Positions 17,694 through 27,628 are shown, counted from the stretch's first letter. The stretch: DNA of 64,000 nt from Candidatus Avispirillum faecium (GCA_904396155.1 CAJFOI010000004.1:6485-70484); one strand, 5' to 3'. Translations and numbers: made by a program. The notes: generated by a model from the sequence alone, not told the origin.

Positions 17694-18029
17694 TTATTCT
17701 GCGGATGTTGCCTCGGAATTTGCAGACATCTCTTCCCCGTCCTCGCCCGCAGCGGTATCCGTATCCGTAAGCCCTACAATCACAAAATCTCCATTGTACA
17801 GACCGCTAATCGCAGTTTTCACCGCTTTATCATCCCGATATTCCTTGCGGATCATAGAAGCAATGCTCTTGTCTGTCTCTTTATTGGCGATCCGCCGTTC
17901 CGCAAGCTCTCTTTGGGCCACGTATTCGTCCGTAATCATCCTTGCGCACTTTGCAACAGCAATCACCAGTACGTACCTGTTGAACTTGCCATGGGTGAGA
18001 TCCGCAATCGATGGGGTAATCATATTCAT
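17694..18029 (-). CDS. rpoZ: RNA polymerase omega subunit
   Basis: MITPSIADL..NRYVLVIAVAKCAR; conserved position after gmk. Confidence 0.85.
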   Translation of the reverse strand: MNMITPSIADLTHGKFNRYVLVIAVAKCARMITDEYVAQRELAERRIANKETDKSIASMIRKEYRDDKAVKTAISGLYNGDFVIVGLTDTDTAAGEDGEEMSANSEATSAE

Positions 18030-18053
18030 ATCTGTTTTCCGCCTTTCTTTTCT

Positions 18054-18665
18054 TTATATGAAAAAAGCTTCTATCTCGTCCGTCATCCTACAGGCACGGG
18101 CGCTCTCCGCACGGATGATCTCGCAAATATGCCTGGCACATGCTTCTATCTCATCCCGCCGATTGACAACAATGTAATCATATCCCGGTGCAAGCCTTAT
18201 CTCTTCCCGAGCCCGCGCCAGACGTTTTTCCACTGTTTCCAGGGACTCCGTACCACGCCCAAGGAGCCGCTGCCGCATTTCCTCGATGGTAGGAGGCATA
18301 AGCATGATGGAAACCGCATCCGGATACAGACGCTTGATCTGGGCGTTGCCTTCCACTTCGATCTCCAAAATAAGGTTCTTTCCAGACTCCAAAATCCGCC
18401 GTGCTTCCCTCTTGGGTGTTCCGTAATAATTTCCACAGTAGCAGGTGTATTCCAGCATTTCTTCCCGGGCGACCATCTCCTCAAAAGCGTCCCGATCCAT
18501 AAAATAATACTCTCTGCCGTCTTCTTCCCCTTCTCTGGGCGGTCTGGTGGTAGCCGATACAGAAAGGGCGATTTCCGGCATCATTTCCCGCACGCGGCGC
18601 ATCACCGTCCCCTTCCCGCCTCCGGAAGGCCCGGATATCACAACCAAAAAGCCAGGCTTAGCCAC
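18054..18665 (-). CDS. gmk: Guanylate kinase
   Basis: SGPSGGGKGT, SATTRPPREGE, YYGT. Confidence 0.97.
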   Translation of the reverse strand: MAKPGFLVVISGPSGGGKGTVMRRVREMMPEIALSVSATTRPPREGEEDGREYYFMDRDAFEEMVAREEMLEYTCYCGNYYGTPKREARRILESGKNLILEIEVEGNAQIKRLYPDAVSIMLMPPTIEEMRQRLLGRGTESLETVEKRLARAREEIRLAPGYDYIVVNRRDEIEACARHICEIIRAESARACRMTDEIEAFFI

Positions 18666-18918
18666 GATGGAGTTCCTCCTCTTCCTCTCCGGTCAGCCGC
18701 GCTGCGATCGTTTCCGGCTGGATAGAGGACAGCACAACATGATCGCTGTCCGTGATCAGGATCCCTCTGGTCCTGCGCCCGCTGGTACAGTCGATGGCAC
18801 GGCCGCTGTCTTTTGCATCCTGCACCAGCCGCTTGGCAGGTGCGCTGTCCGGCCCGATCACTGCCACCACACGCGCCGCTGCCACCATATTGTTAAATCC
18901 TACATTGATAAATTTCAT
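18658..18918 (-). CDS. remA: DUF370/RemA family regulator
   Basis: INVGFNNMV, SAPAKRL, IDCTSGRRT, LSSIQPET. Confidence 0.9.
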   Translation of the reverse strand: MKFINVGFNNMVAAARVVAVIGPDSAPAKRLVQDAKDSGRAIDCTSGRRTRGILITDSDHVVLSSIQPETIAARLTGEEEEELHRG

Positions 18919-18941
18919 CGTTTTCTGCCCGTTTCCAATGT

Positions 18942-19835
18942 CTATTCAATATTCTGCACCTGCTCCCGGATCTTTTCCAGCAGTGCCTTCACATCTACTA
19001 CCAAATGCGCAATTTTTGCATTTCCCGCTTTGGAACCAATGGTGTTGATTTCTCGATTCATCTCTTGAAGCAAAAAATCCAGCTTGCGACCCACCGCCTC
19101 ACCACGGTCGACGATCTCCCGAAATGTTGCAAAATGACTATCCAGCCGCACCAGTTCCTCATCGATCGCAGCTTTGTCCGCATAGATCGCAGCTTCTGTT
19201 AAAATGCGCTGTTCGCTGGCGTCCGCATCAAAATCCTGTAAAAACTTTTTGATCCGTTCCACAAGCCTTGGGGCATATCCCGCTGTGTCCGCCGCTGAAA
19301 TTGCCCCGATCTCTGTACAAATCTTTCGAATCGCAGCAATCTTGTCCCAGATGTCTTCGATCAGACGGCGTCCTTCTGCGGTGCGCTGCTCCAAAAAAGA
19401 ATCCAATGCCCCAGTCAAAACCGGATATATATCCGCCCAATCCCGCGCGTCTCCATCCTCCGGCGCACGCAGGGAAAAAAGCTCCTTATTCTGGGCCACC
19501 CGCATCACAGACAAATCGTCCCGCAATCCAAACTGATCCCGCAGCTGCTCCAGCGCACGAATGTAGGAGGCGGCAAGCGCGGTATCCAGCACCACATCCG
19601 TTCCCGTCTGCTGCAATATCTCAACGCCTATATATACCTCTACCTTGCCCCGGGCTACGCCCCGTTGGGTCAGGTACGCTTTCACTTTTTCCTCCAGATA
19701 TGCATAGATGCGAGGCAGCTTTACCGTGGCATCCAAATACCTGCTGTTGACAGATTTTATTTCTACCGTGATGATCCTGGCTCCATCCGCCGAAGCACCT
19801 TTGCTTCTGCCGAACGCCGTCATGCTACTGAGCAT
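18942..19835 (-). CDS. yicC: YicC/YloC family endoribonuclease
   Basis: SMTAFGR, EIKSVNSRYLD, GRKLDFLLQEMNREINTIGSK, IREQVQNIE. Confidence 0.95.
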   Translation of the reverse strand: MLSSMTAFGRSKGASADGARIITVEIKSVNSRYLDATVKLPRIYAYLEEKVKAYLTQRGVARGKVEVYIGVEILQQTGTDVVLDTALAASYIRALEQLRDQFGLRDDLSVMRVAQNKELFSLRAPEDGDARDWADIYPVLTGALDSFLEQRTAEGRRLIEDIWDKIAAIRKICTEIGAISAADTAGYAPRLVERIKKFLQDFDADASEQRILTEAAIYADKAAIDEELVRLDSHFATFREIVDRGEAVGRKLDFLLQEMNREINTIGSKAGNAKIAHLVVDVKALLEKIREQVQNIE

Positions 19836-19912
19836 ATGGGAAAACAACCCTTCCATGCAATTCACAGCCGTCTTATATACCGCCAGTGCATATAAATACA
19901 GCCTTTCGATAC

Positions 19913-21007
19913 TTATTTATTATATACCTCCCGCTTTTGTTTGTCAACTTTTCCGCCGCTTTTTTTCATCCTTTCCTCCCATAGAACAGCGACCGCATTC
20001 AGCAAGATCGGTGCAAGGATCATTCCCGCCACACCGGCCAGACAAAATCCCGCATATACAAAGATCAACGCCACTACGGGATGGACCCCAGCATTTTTTC
20101 CTAATATCCTGGGTTCTACTGTCTGCCGTACAATATACATAACGCCCAGCAGCACCAAAAGCTGGATCCCCCGCACAGCATCTCCCTCCAAAAAGGCCAG
20201 TGCCGCCCAGGGAATCAAAACCGTTCCCACCCCCAGCACCGGTAAAACATCGATCACAGCAATGAGCAGCGCCGCCAGAAAGGCGTAGCGCACCCCCATA
20301 ATCAAAAATCCACATAAAAGCTCTGCAAAGGTGATCAGCATGATCACAGTATATGCCCGTACAAAGCGTCCCAGTCCCCGCATCACAATAGATGCTGCTC
20401 CCCGCGCCTTTTCTATTGCAGGCCGCGGAAAAATTCCCTCCGCCATTTTGCTGACGCCGCCTCTGTCCAGGCAAAAATAAAACAATGCAATGATCCCCAC
20501 AAACAAAGTGAATATAAAGGAAGGAAGATGACCTAAAAGCGCACCCGCACCGCCGGCAATCCAGGTGCTGATCTGCGTGACGGCACCCTTTGCCATTTCC
20601 GGCAGAGCGTCGGAAAAATCGCCCGATCCCAGATGAAACCGCTGTCCAAAGGCCTCTATTTTGTCCGCAAGCCGACTGACCGGATTGTCCGGCTGATTGA
20701 GCATTTCGCTCAGAGAGGTAATCGCATCGGAAGCCTCCCGGACCAGCACAGACGCTCCAAACCACAAAAGCGCCGTCAGCAGCGCCGCAGTGAGAATGAT
20801 CAACACCACCGCCCAGAAGGCCTGGGAGGTTTTCGTTTTTCGATACATCCACCGGGCAATGGGACGCACGCCGCAGGAAAGGACATAGGCTACAGCAAAG
20901 GGCAGCAGGATCGGAAGCGCATATTCCAGCAGCAGCCAAAGTCCTGCCGCACAAATCATCCCGCAAAATCCATAAAGTGCAAAACGAAGCAGTTTCTCCG
21001 TCGTCAT
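19913..21007 (-). CDS. ytvI: Sporulation integral membrane protein YtvI (AI-2E family)
   Basis: Multi-TM; DVLPVLGVGTVLIPW, RQTVEPRILG, GVHP. Confidence 0.85.
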   Translation of the reverse strand: MTTEKLLRFALYGFCGMICAAGLWLLLEYALPILLPFAVAYVLSCGVRPIARWMYRKTKTSQAFWAVVLIILTAALLTALLWFGASVLVREASDAITSLSEMLNQPDNPVSRLADKIEAFGQRFHLGSGDFSDALPEMAKGAVTQISTWIAGGAGALLGHLPSFIFTLFVGIIALFYFCLDRGGVSKMAEGIFPRPAIEKARGAASIVMRGLGRFVRAYTVIMLITFAELLCGFLIMGVRYAFLAALLIAVIDVLPVLGVGTVLIPWAALAFLEGDAVRGIQLLVLLGVMYIVRQTVEPRILGKNAGVHPVVALIFVYAGFCLAGVAGMILAPILLNAVAVLWEERMKKSGGKVDKQKREVYNK

Positions 21008-21075
21008 ACCGAGCCCTCCTGCAGTTTCCTTCTTCCAAGTATATGCCACTTTTTTGAATTATTAACAAAAAGCGC

Positions 21076-21104
21076 TTTACATAAAATCATAGTTTTGCTA
21101 TAAT
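21076..21104 (+). promoter_or_regulatory. Sigma-A promoter for the cyclophilin pair
   Basis: TTTACA, 17 bp, TGc-TATAAT (extended -10). Confidence 0.65.
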
Positions 21105-21146
21105 ATGGAAAATATCTCGGCAAAATGGAAAAAGAAAGGAACACTT

Positions 21147-21707
21147 ATGAAAAAAGCTTTGTGTTTGACGCTCGCCCTCCTTTTGTGCGGCCTGCTCACA
21201 GCGTGCTCCGGCGGTGACGACCCTGTCCATGTGGAAATGTCCGTAAAGGATTTCGGCACCATTCAGTTGGAGCTGTATCCCGATATCGCGCCCATTACGG
21301 TGGAAAACTTTGTCTCCCTGGCAGAAGACGGTTTCTATGACGGATTGACGTTTCATCGGATCATCTCCGGATTTATGATCCAGGGGGGAGACCCCAACGG
21401 AGACGGCACCGGCGGCAGCGGCACGGAAATCAAAGGGGAGTTTTCCGCAAACGGCGTGGAAAACGATTTGTCCCACACCCGGGGCGTCATTTCCATGGCA
21501 AGAAGCCAGGACTATGACTCCGCTTCCAGCCAGTTCTTTATCGTACACGGGGACAGCACCTATTTAGACGGACAATATGCCGCATTCGGCAAGGTAACAG
21601 AAGGAATGGACGTAGTAGACGAAATTGCTTCCGTTGAGGTGGATCCGTCAGACGGATCTACACCCCTTACGCCAGTCTATATCGAATATGTCAAAGTGGT
21701 CGACTGA
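21147..21707 (+). CDS. Cyclophilin-type PPIase, lipoprotein
   Basis: Signal peptide ending in lipobox LTAC; FHRIISGFMIQGGDP, ISMARS, SQFFI, LDGQYAAFG. Confidence 0.93.
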   Translation: MKKALCLTLALLLCGLLTACSGGDDPVHVEMSVKDFGTIQLELYPDIAPITVENFVSLAEDGFYDGLTFHRIISGFMIQGGDPNGDGTGGSGTEIKGEFSANGVENDLSHTRGVISMARSQDYDSASSQFFIVHGDSTYLDGQYAAFGKVTEGMDVVDEIASVEVDPSDGSTPLTPVYIEYVKVVD

Positions 21708-21747
21708 ACACATTTTCTGCAATTGCAGACAATTTAGGAGAACTTCT

Positions 21748-22236
21748 ATGAAAACAAAAACGATTTGCGCAACCATTACCATGGAAAACGGGGGCAAAAT
21801 ACAACTGGAACTGTATCCCGATATCGCGCCTGCCACAGTGGAAAATTTTGTCTCCCTGGCAAACGAAGGGTTTTACAACGGTCTGATTTTCCACCGGGTC
21901 ATCCCCGGATTTATGATCCAGGGAGGCGATCCCCTGGGAAGCGGCTTCGGCGGCAGCGGCAAAACCATCCCGGGAGAATTTTCCGCAAACGGATTTGACA
22001 ATCCCCTTTCCCACACCCGCGGCGTCATTTCCATGGCGAGAAGCCAGGATTTTAACTCCGCTTCCAGCCAGTTTTTCATCATGCATGCAGACGGCACATT
22101 TTTAGACGGACAATACGCCGCCTTCGGAAAAGTGACAGACGGAATCGACGTAGTGGATGCCATTGCCGGTGTACAGACCAATGCCCAGGACAAACCGATT
22201 GCGGAACAGCGCATTTCGGAAATTACCATCGGATAA
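21748..22236 (+). CDS. Cyclophilin-type PPIase, cytoplasmic
   Basis: FHRVIPGFMIQGGDP, ISMARS, LDGQYAAFG; AGGAG RBS before MKTKT. Confidence 0.95.
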   Translation: MKTKTICATITMENGGKIQLELYPDIAPATVENFVSLANEGFYNGLIFHRVIPGFMIQGGDPLGSGFGGSGKTIPGEFSANGFDNPLSHTRGVISMARSQDFNSASSQFFIMHADGTFLDGQYAAFGKVTDGIDVVDAIAGVQTNAQDKPIAEQRISEITIG

Positions 22237-22250
22237 GAAAAAACAAAACA

Positions 22251-22326
22251 ATAAACGGCAAATGTTTTACATTTGCCGTTTATGCTTACTCTACAAAAAG
22301 AGAGCGGCTTTGCCGCTCTCTTTTTT
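22251..22326. terminator. Two tandem hairpins between convergent genes (bidirectional termination)
   Basis: 15-bp perfect IR at 22251-22283; AAAAAGAGAGCGGC-TTT-GCCGCTCTCTTTTT at 22295-22325. Confidence 0.85.
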
Positions 22327-22352
22327 ATGGACTCTTTTCTGCCCTTATCGCT

Positions 22353-24605
22353 TTATTTTACAAAGCTTCTTCTCTTTTTGTAGACAACCACGCAGCCCAC
22401 TCCCATCACGATTGCCGCAAGGGCAATGTACAGCATGGCGTCTCCGGTAGCCGGCAGATAGAAGAAGTAGTCTGACGGATGCAGATCCAGATCTGCCGCC
22501 TCTATGGTGTCTGACGTGGGTTTGATGACAAACTCAAAGAACAGCGCGCCTACATCCAGGGACCGCACCTGCTGGAAGTCCGTGATTTCCAGGAAGTACA
22601 CACCGTTTCCTTGATTCTCAAGAGTGTATGTACCTTCGTTCAAGCCGGCAATGGAATCCAAGGTGCCCGCATCGGGATTCATGGAAAGGGTAAAGTTCAG
22701 CGTCGTCGCAAGCTTGTAGTCAGAAGTTACATATACAGGAAGACGGAAGTTGCCGTCCTCGTCCTTGTATACGCCTGTAATGTCCAAATCACCGCCGCCG
22801 GTGATCGGAGTCGTTTGCGTACCGCCTCCGCCGCCACCATTACCAGGATCTTTTTCCGTAACATTCTCAGGCGCCGGACCTACCGCATTGTAAATGCGGA
22901 TGTTGTCCATCTGCAGGTTGGTGTTGAACATACGCCACAGCATCATCGTGCCGTTTTCCAAGTGGTCCTCAGAGCTGTAGAAGAAATACCGGTTCCAGAT
23001 GTTCTCATCAAAGATGGGTTCATCGTCGATATAGAGACGCACGGTACAGGAGTTGTTGTCAAATACAAATCTCCAGTTGTACCATCTGTTGGGCTCCAGG
23101 TTAAAATCTCTTACTGCAATTGCCGTAGAGGAATCGTCCCGCGTCTCAGAGGGAATGATCTTGAACTGCCTGTCGTTGAAGTAATAACCGATCTCATAAT
23201 CGTAACCGGTCGAACCGCCGAACCAGTTGAAGATCGCAGGAGAATACTTATCCAGGCCGCCTTCCGGATCTCCGGCATAAGTGCCTGTATACATGATGTC
23301 GAATTCAAAGGTGTGGGAAAGCGGGAAGCGATGCTCGTTTCCTTCGCCCTCGCCCCGGCTGTCGATGTAGGTCTGTCCCACTGCAGGGTCTGTGTAGTCC
23401 AGTACCATGCCGTGCTCCGGATCCCCGGAATCCACTACCATACCTGCTGCTGTGCCGCCCCAGATATCCAAATCGTGATCGGGATCCTCGTCATAGGTGA
23501 GCGCAGTCAGCTGATCCTTGGAAGACAGCGGATTCTGACGTGCGGTATCTCCAGCCAGATAATCATAATATACGCCCGGATCAAAGCCGGTCAGGTCTCT
23601 CTCGAACCGCTCCAAATTGGCAGGGTCATAAAATTCATATCCAGACGGTGTTACCGTATCGGCCACCAGTGTCACACAGTTGGAACCGCCGCAGGTAGCT
23701 TCCGCCTCATCCTTCTGGGGATTGAGCACGCCGCTGCCCCAGGACAGTGCGTGGGTATAACCGGTAGAATTCTGCTCTGCGTTGAACACGACCATGGTCA
23801 TGCCCAGTTCCCGGCCGATGCCGCCCCAGGCGTCTTCACCCACTGTCTTTGTAGTATCCAATGTTACAACGCTGGTTTCATTGTAGAAGACGTAGCTCCA
23901 CGGGAGAGCAATCTCATAAGTAGTAATACCATTGGCCGTGTCGGTGGAGTAATCCAAACCTGCAGGAGCCACCGCCACCAAAGCCGCGCCCTTGGCGGGA
24001 TTGTTGTATGCGGTCATACCGATCTTTCTGGTATTTTCATACATCTCGGTAAAGCCGCCTACAATCTGCACATAGCCTACCAGGAAGTCCGGCACCAGAT
24101 CCGGATACAGCCAGGGTTCCTTTTCCGGGCTGTAGGAAGGAAGGAAGGTATAGCCTCCCATCAGGGAGTTGGGCCCCTCGTAGTCTACGATAAACTGGAG
24201 CGAATCCCCGTTCCAGGTATTGCCCCGGCCGCCCTTCAGGGAATGGCCGTCGGGATCGGTCACTTTAACGCCCACATAGAAGTAGTTCGCATCCCAGCGG
24301 AGCCACACTTCATAGGACATGACTTTGTCCTGTGTGCCTACACCGGGTCTCCAGTAAAAGAAGGAGTTGTTGACCGGAGCACTGTCGCCCACCTTCGCCG
24401 CAGTATCACTTTTTACGGTAAAGTTAGCCACCCCCCACTCCGCTCTGCTTATGTACCCGTCGATGGTAGGCGGCTGGGTAAACAACATCGCGTTGGTATA
24501 TGCAATGTATTCCGCATCACCCTGCGCAGCGCCTACCGGGATTGCCAGTGCAACGGCAGAAAACAGCATTGCAGCGAGCAAAACCCACGTAATCGTTTTT
24601 CTCAT
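22353..24605 (-). CDS. Sortase-anchored surface protein with a CBM9-like N-terminal domain
   Basis: Signal peptide; PTIDG..EW, WDANYFYVGVKVTD, YEIALPW; Gly-rich linker; LPATG + TM + KKRR tail. Confidence 0.85.
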   Translation of the reverse strand: MRKTITWVLLAAMLFSAVALAIPVGAAQGDAEYIAYTNAMLFTQPPTIDGYISRAEWGVANFTVKSDTAAKVGDSAPVNNSFFYWRPGVGTQDKVMSYEVWLRWDANYFYVGVKVTDPDGHSLKGGRGNTWNGDSLQFIVDYEGPNSLMGGYTFLPSYSPEKEPWLYPDLVPDFLVGYVQIVGGFTEMYENTRKIGMTAYNNPAKGAALVAVAPAGLDYSTDTANGITTYEIALPWSYVFYNETSVVTLDTTKTVGEDAWGGIGRELGMTMVVFNAEQNSTGYTHALSWGSGVLNPQKDEAEATCGGSNCVTLVADTVTPSGYEFYDPANLERFERDLTGFDPGVYYDYLAGDTARQNPLSSKDQLTALTYDEDPDHDLDIWGGTAAGMVVDSGDPEHGMVLDYTDPAVGQTYIDSRGEGEGNEHRFPLSHTFEFDIMYTGTYAGDPEGGLDKYSPAIFNWFGGSTGYDYEIGYYFNDRQFKIIPSETRDDSSTAIAVRDFNLEPNRWYNWRFVFDNNSCTVRLYIDDEPIFDENIWNRYFFYSSEDHLENGTMMLWRMFNTNLQMDNIRIYNAVGPAPENVTEKDPGNGGGGGGTQTTPITGGGDLDITGVYKDEDGNFRLPVYVTSDYKLATTLNFTLSMNPDAGTLDSIAGLNEGTYTLENQGNGVYFLEITDFQQVRSLDVGALFFEFVIKPTSDTIEAADLDLHPSDYFFYLPATGDAMLYIALAAIVMGVGCVVVYKKRRSFVK

Positions 24606-24669
24606 ACAATTACCTCCAAGAAAATTAGCATCTGTGCAAGAATGTGCACAGAGATAGCCTTACATGCTC

Positions 24670-24698
24670 ATTATATATAGATTCACTAAATTTGTCAA
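24670..24698 (-). promoter_or_regulatory. Consensus sigma-A promoter of the LPXTG protein gene
   Basis: TTGACA (24693-24698), 17 bp, TATAAT (24670-24675). Confidence 0.8.
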
Positions 24699-24801
24699 TA
24701 GAGAACTTGAAAAGTCGTTGATTTTTTATGAAAAAATTCTGGAAATTTTCCTCGCGTCAAAAAGATCAGACAAAAGGCGACACGTCCAGGTGCGCCGCAC
24801 C

Positions 24802-25233
24802 TTACGTAGTTTCCTCTTCCCCGTCCTGTTCTCCCGCGGCGAGCTTGCCGCACGCAGGGCAGATCAGTGTTTCGGGATCCAGGGTTTCATCGTAGCAGAT
24901 GGTCTCGCCGCAGTTTGCGCACATCAGCATCCGCCGTTCCCCTTCTTCACAGCCGCAGCAGTCCTCACAGCCGCAGCCATCTTCCTCATCCTCTTCCTCA
25001 TCTGCGCACTCTTCTGCAAAAAGCAGCTCTTCCACATCTCCCAGGTCCGCGTCCAGTTCCTCGATATAGTCGTTCAGGCGGGCGCATTCCTGTTCCAACG
25101 CCTCTACAGATGCGCTCAAATCTGCCACAAGAGACAAAAGCTCGTCGATCAGCTTTCCCTCCGGCTTCGTACGGTCCAGCTCCAGTCCCTGGGCAAGGCC
25201 CTTGAGATATGCACTTTTTTCTCCAAGTTTCAT
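24802..25233 (-). CDS. CD1247-like acidic protein with zinc ribbon
   Basis: EKSAYLKGLAQGL N-terminus, coiled coil, CANC...CPAC. Confidence 0.8.
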   Translation of the reverse strand: MKLGEKSAYLKGLAQGLELDRTKPEGKLIDELLSLVADLSASVEALEQECARLNDYIEELDADLGDVEELLFAEECADEEEDEEDGCGCEDCCGCEEGERRMLMCANCGETICYDETLDPETLICPACGKLAAGEQDGEEETT

Positions 25234-25324
25234 TTTTTGTTCCTCTCTCTCCTATGCCATTGCAAATGCGTAAATAAATGGGGCCGAAACGCATTTTTCG
25301 CTCCGGCCGCCTTTTTCCAAATAT

Positions 25325-25882
25325 TTATGCCCGCTCCAAATACTCGCCGGTCCTGGTATCGATCCGAACACGCTCTCCCTGATTGATAAAGAGCGGTACG
25401 CGAATCACCGCGCCCGTTTCCAGCGTGGCGTTCTTGGTAGCGCCTGTAGCCGTATCGCCTTTTACGCCGGGGTCCGCATCTGTGATCTCCAGCTCCACAA
25501 ACATGGGGGGCTCCACGGAAAACACATTTCCCTTATAAGACTTAATGGTGCAAATCATCTCTTCCTTCACATACTTGAAGTTTTCGGAGAGCTTGTCTGC
25601 ATTCAGCGGGATCTGCTCATAGGTTTCCATATCCATAAAATAGTAGAGTTCCCCGTCGTTGTACAGATACTGCATCTCCTTGCGGTCGATGCGCGCATCC
25701 TCAAATTTATCTGTGGGAGAAAAGGTCTTTTCCACCACTGCACCGGTGATCACATTGCGCAGCTTGGTACGCACAAAGGCAGCGCCCTTGCCGGGCTTTA
25801 CATGCTGAAACTCGATCACCTGCATCACCTGTCCGTCCATATCAAAGGTGACACCGTTCTTAAAATCGCCTGCTACAACCAT
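25325..25882 (-). CDS. efp: Elongation factor P
   Basis: [32 protein letters not shown]. Confidence 0.98.
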   Translation of the reverse strand: MVVAGDFKNGVTFDMDGQVMQVIEFQHVKPGKGAAFVRTKLRNVITGAVVEKTFSPTDKFEDARIDRKEMQYLYNDGELYYFMDMETYEQIPLNADKLSENFKYVKEEMICTIKSYKGNVFSVEPPMFVELEITDADPGVKGDTATGATKNATLETGAVIRVPLFINQGERVRIDTRTGEYLERA

Positions 25883-26018
25883 ACACTCAGTTATCCTGCC
25901 TGTCAGGATAGCTCCTTTCCTGTATTCCAAATAAAAATCCCTTGTTCCGTATTATTTTAATACATAGCGGCGCATTTTGCAAGAGGGTTGCGTCATTTTT
26001 TGCCATATCTGTGAAAAT

Positions 26019-27104
26019 TTATATTTCAATCAATTCCTTTGGGCAATGGGTCAGATTCCGTGCACCCCCAGGCACGATGCACACCATGTCCTCGATCCGG
26101 CAGCCATATTTGCCCGCCAGATAGATTCCAGGCTCTACCGTGACGATTTCCCCGGCGCGCAGTCTGGCGTCGCCGCTGCGGATATTCAAATTGGGAGATT
26201 CGTGAATCTCCAGGCCCACGCCGTGGCCCAGTCCATGACCAAATGTCCCGGCATATCCGGCACCATCGATGATCTCCCGGGCGATCTGATCCATTTTGAA
26301 GCAGGATTGTCCTTCTCCGATCGTCTCCAGCACGGCATTTTGCGCCTGGAGCACCGTATCGTACACGCGCCGCATGGCATTGTCCGCCTTGCCGATGACC
26401 ACGGTACGGGTCATGTCGGAATGATACCCCTCAAAAACCGCACCGAAGTCAAAAGTCAAAAAGCCCTTTTCCAGAGATACGTTTCGCGGCACGCCGTGGG
26501 GGGAGGAGGAATTGGTCCCGGATACAGCGATGGTCTCAAAGCTGATCCCCTGGGCGCCGTTCTTCTTCATCAGATATTCCAGCTCCGCCGCAAGGTCCAT
26601 CTCCGTGGCCGCATACGTGATCCGGGGCAAAAGCTGCGCAAAAGCTGCTTCCGCAATTCGCTGGGCCCTCTCCACACATTCGATTTCGTAGGCGTCTTTG
26701 ACACTGCGCAGCTTTTGAAACAGATCTCCGACAGGTACAAATTGAACCCCCGGACAATCGCGCTGAAGCGCAGCCAGGGCACGGCAGGTAAGGGTGCCGT
26801 CCTCATAGCCTACTGTGCAAAGATCCGCCGCAGTGCAGAGCATAGGCAGCCACACTTTGCGGGGCTCCTCCGGCATGATGACTTCATATACTTCCCCGGG
26901 AATGCTTCGCCGCGCCGCTTCAATGTATCGGAAGTCCTCAAAGGCCCAGGCTCCGTCTCTCCCGATGAGCAGAGCTCCGTCGGGATTGGAAAACCCGCTG
27001 GCATACAGGTGGTTTTCCGTGCCCGTAACCCAGACGGCATCCAGCTTCATCTCCTCCATCGCCGCCCGAATCGCCTGCAGGCGGCCGGTTATGATCTCTT
27101 TCAT
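26019..27104 (-). CDS. Xaa-Pro aminopeptidase (M24)
   Basis: PHG, DFGA, SDMTRT, HGLGHGVG, TVEPGIY, RIED; conserved upstream of efp. Confidence 0.93.
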   Translation of the reverse strand: MKEIITGRLQAIRAAMEEMKLDAVWVTGTENHLYASGFSNPDGALLIGRDGAWAFEDFRYIEAARRSIPGEVYEVIMPEEPRKVWLPMLCTAADLCTVGYEDGTLTCRALAALQRDCPGVQFVPVGDLFQKLRSVKDAYEIECVERAQRIAEAAFAQLLPRITYAATEMDLAAELEYLMKKNGAQGISFETIAVSGTNSSSPHGVPRNVSLEKGFLTFDFGAVFEGYHSDMTRTVVIGKADNAMRRVYDTVLQAQNAVLETIGEGQSCFKMDQIAREIIDGAGYAGTFGHGLGHGVGLEIHESPNLNIRSGDARLRAGEIVTVEPGIYLAGKYGCRIEDMVCIVPGGARNLTHCPKELIEI

Positions 27105-27628
27105 TTTCTCCCACGCTCCTTTATTTTCTGCATTTGCCAATATTTGTGTACATAAGGCTTTTCCAAAAGGCGCTTGCACCGAAAGAAAAGCGTCTTTTTA
27201 TCCCGGATGGGGGGAACGATCCACGCAGGAATTCCAAACCGCTTTCCTGCAGCGCAGTCGGTGAGCAGCTGATCCCCCAAAAGGATCGCCTGCTCCCGCC
27301 CCACTCCCAGCTGGTCGCACGCTGCCTGCAAATATTTGGTCCTGGGCTTTCCTGCCTTTGCAAAGGCCACACAACCCAAAGACGCATTGAAAAGCTCTAC
27401 CCGTTCCCAATTATTATTGGAAACGAAAGCGATGGAAATCCCCGCTGTGCGCATTTTTTCGATCCACTCCGCAAGCTGCTTGGGCGGCTGGGGGTCTTCA
27501 TAAGTGGCAAGGGTATTATCGATATCACAGAGAAGGACGCTGCGCCCCGCAAGGCGCACCATTTCCGGCGTAATTTCATAATAGTGTGCAAACATTCGAT
27601 CGGGCACAAGCCATCTTTCAAAAATCAA
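27101..27628 (-). CDS. yqeG: YqeG family HAD IIIA phosphatase
   Basis: DIDNTL, VSNN, AGKP, GDQLLTD; start uncertain (TTG 27628 or ATG 27643). Confidence 0.9.
   Translation of the reverse strand: MIFERWLVPDRMFAHYYEITPEMVRLAGRSVLLCDIDNTLATYEDPQPPKQLAEWIEKMRTAGISIAFVSNNNWERVELFNASLGCVAFAKAGKPRTKYLQAACDQLGVGREQAILLGDQLLTDCAAGKRFGIPAWIVPPIRDKKTLFFRCKRLLEKPYVHKYWQMQKIKERGRK

Noticed and set aside
19944-21068. 374-aa same-strand alternative-frame ORF over ytvI
   Set aside because: Arg/Cys/Gly-rich composition typical of a frame-shifted read; the ytvI frame has the family motifs.
22611-24680. 689-aa plus-strand ORF
   Set aside because: Antisense shadow of the LPXTG gene, explained by its codon bias; no recognisable motifs.
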